From assembly GCA_040260805.1 (NCBI GenBank), contig JBDQPD010000072.1, positions 1 through 17,442 on the forward strand: a DNA stretch of 17,442 nt, read 5' to 3'. Made by a program: the position numbers and the translations under genes. This DNA is from Myxococcota bacterium. GTDB taxonomy: Bacteria; Myxococcota; UBA4151. The number at the start of each line of letters is the position of its first letter. Within the stretch, counting starts at the first letter, position 1. The notes under the pieces were generated by a model. That model saw nothing but the letters and a program-made list of their open reading frames with translations. It made no database searches and had not been told where the DNA came from. Positions 14,830 through 17,442 of this stretch are shown in pieces.

Positions 14830-16464
14830 ATGCGTCATTGCGTTGCATTGATGGTGCTTTCCACGAGCGTGGCTTGTGCGCACGGAGGGAACCACCTGCT
14901 CGCAGGCCAATCGGGAAGTGAACCGCGCCTGGTGGTGACCGTGGTCTTTGACCAACTTCGAGCGGACTACTTCGGGCGATTTGGGGAGCAGCTGCTGCCG
15001 CCAGTCAGAGCTGATGGTAGCTACGGTGGGTTCCAAGCGCTGATCCAGCGCGGCGCCTATTTCCCGGTCGCCGAACATGACGTGTTAATGGCGATGACCG
15101 GTCCTGGGCATGCCTCGATTTCGACGGGCGCTTGGCCTTACCGGCACGGCATCGCCCGTAACCGTTGGTATGAGGGTGATCGCAGAGCCTACTGCGTCGA
15201 AGACGTTAACGCGCCGGTGATCGGGCTGGAGTCCAGCGATCCGTTTGACGGTCGCTCACCGCGCAACCTGCGTGGCCCTGCATTTGGCGACACGCTCAAA
15301 GGGCACGACCCTCGAGCGAAAACGGTCTCGGTCTCGATCAAGGATCGAGCCGCTATCTTGATGGGCGGACATCGCTCCGATGGCACCTATTGGATGGGCT
15401 ATGACGGCGGCTGGACCAGCAGTCGATATTATCTCAAAGATGGCAAGCGCCCTGAATGGCTCAGCCAGATCAACGGCCAGCGTGCCGGTCGCTCGGACCA
15501 GGCATTTACCTTTGCTTATGAGAGCAAGTCCGGTCGATCGGACCAGGGCCCAACTGAGTTTGCGGTCGATGTTCAGACTGGCGCGCGCGATGCCTTATCG
15601 ACACCCTATGGCGACACCTACACGCTCGATGTGGTTGAGGGCGCGATCAAAGCGCATGAGCTCGGACAAGATGATGTACCCGACACCCTCTGGGTGAGCT
15701 TCTCGGGGTTTGATAAGCTGGGCCATCGTACCGGGCCCAACACCGCGCCGATGGAGGCGATGTTTCTTGGCGCCGACCGAGCGATGTCTCGTCTGCTCAA
15801 TCATTTAGAGCAGGCGATACCTGGCGGGCTTGATCGGGTCCTGATCAGCGTGACTGGCGATCATGGCGTCGGTCCAGCTGCCGAATATGCGCAAACCAAA
15901 GGGCTGCCGTCGATTCGACAAAACCACGACCAGATTTTCAAACGAATCGATGCTCGGATGGGGTCTTTGTTTGGTCGCCCTGGACCCGGGCAGAGCTGGT
16001 TTGTGGGTTTAGAGGACCTCAACTTGTACATCAACCGTCGCTTAGCGGCGGTTCGAGCTATCCCCTTGCGTCGTTTAGAGGCTGCCGCTGCTGAGTTGTT
16101 GACCGAAGAGCCTGGCGTCCTCATGGCGATTAGCCGTCATCAGGTTGTGCACGGTATGGTCCCGCCAGGTCGTTGGGGGCAGCAGCTCAAGAACCAGTTC
16201 GTTCAGGGGCGTTCTGGGGATGTAATTGGGATCCCAGCGCCCTTTGTCCTGCCGGACAGCACCCCCGCAAATCACTACACGGGCTATGCGTATGACCGCC
16301 AAGTTCCGCTGATCATCAGTGGACCGGGCATTCGGCGTGGACGCTATCATCAGGTGGTCAACGTGATCGATCTGGTTCCGACCTTGGCGGCCGCATTGGG
16401 GACGATTCATCCGGCGATGGCCGAGGGGCGAGTCTTGCACGAAGTCCTCAACGCGGCGGACTGA
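14830..16464 (+). CDS. Alkaline phosphatase superfamily protein (PafA/PhoK-like, Thr nucleophile), exported, possibly a lipoprotein
   Basis: VVFDQLRADY, T-GPGHASISTG, SIKDRAAILMGG, D..GH..GP, TGDHG and H...Y.YDRQVPLI. The signal peptide ends in SVA-C. Confidence 0.9.
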   Translation: MRHCVALMVLSTSVACAHGGNHLLAGQSGSEPRLVVTVVFDQLRADYFGRFGEQLLPPVRADGSYGGFQALIQRGAYFPVAEHDVLMAMTGPGHASISTGAWPYRHGIARNRWYEGDRRAYCVEDVNAPVIGLESSDPFDGRSPRNLRGPAFGDTLKGHDPRAKTVSVSIKDRAAILMGGHRSDGTYWMGYDGGWTSSRYYLKDGKRPEWLSQINGQRAGRSDQAFTFAYESKSGRSDQGPTEFAVDVQTGARDALSTPYGDTYTLDVVEGAIKAHELGQDDVPDTLWVSFSGFDKLGHRTGPNTAPMEAMFLGADRAMSRLLNHLEQAIPGGLDRVLISVTGDHGVGPAAEYAQTKGLPSIRQNHDQIFKRIDARMGSLFGRPGPGQSWFVGLEDLNLYINRRLAAVRAIPLRRLEAAAAELLTEEPGVLMAISRHQVVHGMVPPGRWGQQLKNQFVQGRSGDVIGIPAPFVLPDSTPANHYTGYAYDRQVPLIISGPGIRRGRYHQVVNVIDLVPTLAAALGTIHPAMAEGRVLHEVLNAAD

Positions 16465-16503
16465 TCAGGACTCGATCACACTAAACGCTTAATCGTCATG
16501 ATC

Positions 16504-16537
16504 CGTAGGTAGGACCAATTAACTGGTCTGGAACTGA
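16504..16537. promoter_or_regulatory. Tandem FadR/PdhR-like operator sites directly before the regulator start (autoregulation)
   Basis: cgtaGGTaggACCAATT followed by AACTGGTCtggaactga. Compare the FadR-subfamily consensus AA.TGGTnnnACCA.TT. Confidence 0.6.
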
Positions 16538-16539
16538 TC

Positions 16540-17277
16540 ATGCCCGTTCAGGCACTAAGAGCGACCTTACGCAAAAGAACTGGCGGTCCCGATCTCGTGG
16601 CCGCTGCCATCCGTCAGCAGATCGTCGATGGCGTACTCGCCGCCGGTGAGAAACTTCCTGATGAGCGAACGCTGGCGGGAACCCTCGGCGTCGCCCGAGT
16701 CACGGTGCGGACTGCCTTGACCCTGCTCCAAGGCGAGGGGTTGCTCGAACGAACGCAGGGGCGAGGAACGATCGTGCGTCCTTTCTTGGCATCAGGTGGA
16801 CCCAACCTGCTCACCGCTTTGCTCAACCAACCTCAGGGGCGCGCTGAGCTTCAAGCGGTCGCTAGTGAGTTTCTAGCGGTTCGTCGTCATCTCGCAGGCG
16901 CCGTTTTGGAGCGCATTCCCGTACCCTTTTCGGCGCGTGAAGCGACGCCTCTGCGCCAAGCCGTTCAATTGCTCGAAGCGGCGATCGCCGAAGAGGCTGA
17001 GCTTGAGGTGATTGTGGCGGCCGATCTCTTGGTCGCCCAAGCCTTGATTGCGGCGTCCCAAAGCTCTGTTTTGCAGCTGATCTTTAATCCGATCAGCTCG
17101 ACGCTCAGGGAGCACAGGCGACTCGCTCAGGCTCTGTATCAGCGCCCCGCAGAGAACCTGCGCGCCTGGAACGCGATGCTCAAGTGGTGCCACGGACGAA
17201 GTCGGGACACCGCAGGCATCCTCGACGCCATGCGGCTGCGCGACGAGACCACACTCAAGCGGATGCGGTCTATTTGA
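16540..17277 (+). CDS. GntR family (FadR subfamily) transcriptional regulator
   Basis: Winged HTH GEKLPDERTLA..LGVARVTVR.AL..L..EGLL....GRGT.V, followed by a helical FadR-type C-terminal domain (LQLIFNP). Confidence 0.9.
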   Translation: MPVQALRATLRKRTGGPDLVAAAIRQQIVDGVLAAGEKLPDERTLAGTLGVARVTVRTALTLLQGEGLLERTQGRGTIVRPFLASGGPNLLTALLNQPQGRAELQAVASEFLAVRRHLAGAVLERIPVPFSAREATPLRQAVQLLEAAIAEEAELEVIVAADLLVAQALIAASQSSVLQLIFNPISSTLREHRRLAQALYQRPAENLRAWNAMLKWCHGRSRDTAGILDAMRLRDETTLKRMRSI

Positions 17278-17442
17278 CCGCGCCGGCGGTCAGCCCCCCG
17301 ACGAGGTGCTTTTGCAGCGCATAAAAGAGGGCAAGAATCGGCGCTGAGACGAACAGGCTGCCCGCCGCAACGGCGCGCCAGACGGCGTCAACTTGACCGA
17401 CGTAACTGCGCAGCATACCCGGCAGCGTGATCTGGTCAGGGC
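17270..17442 (-). CDS. Carbohydrate ABC transporter permease (MalG-like), C-terminal end only
   Basis: Not in the ORF track. Manual translation gives PDQITLPGMLRSYVGQVDAVWRAVAAGSLFVSAPILALFYALQKHLVGGLTAGAVK*, with the typical Q...V.GLTAGAVK end. It overlaps the GntR 3' end by 8 bp. Confidence 0.88.
   Translation of the reverse strand, partial: PDQITLPGMLRSYVGQVDAVWRAVAAGSLFVSAPILALFYALQKHLVGGLTAGAVK

Noticed and set aside
786..17193. Many antisense or alternate-frame ORFs in the track (e.g. 3379-3954, 5736-6299, 13900-14394, 14219-14758)
   Set aside because: They overlap well-supported genes and have no recognisable motifs, as expected for shadow ORFs in GC-rich DNA.

Overview
A roughly 60% GC bacterial chromosomal window, probably Myxococcota or a related deltaproteobacterium, judged from a MYXO-CTERM-like GCGC/hydrophobic/RRRRR tail on a secreted protein. 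It is densely coding. In order: a 5'-truncated MpaB/DUF2236-type oxygenase cut by a perfect 98-bp palindrome (likely an artefact); a coupled operon of gingipain-like C25 protease, thiopurine methyltransferase and pseudo-receiver/cNMP protein; a minus-strand run of shortened cupin lipoprotein, AI-2E transporter, unknown membrane protein and isovaleryl-CoA dehydrogenase; cytochrome P450 plus nitronate monooxygenase; TMEM43 protein; GMC oxidoreductase; 2OG-Fe(II) oxygenase and STAS/SpoIIAA-like protein; PafA-like alkaline phosphatase; FadR/GntR regulator; and the 3' end of a sugar ABC permease. The main unannotated signal is a pair of 14-bp boxes matching the actinobacterial KstR operator (TnnAACnnGTTnnA), directly upstream of the P450-NMO operon and of the GMC oxidoreductase. 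This suggests a KstR-like sterol/lipid regulon in a non-actinobacterial host. A 13-bp direct repeat also brackets the 2OG oxygenase gene. All family calls come from motif recognition by eye, not from database searches.
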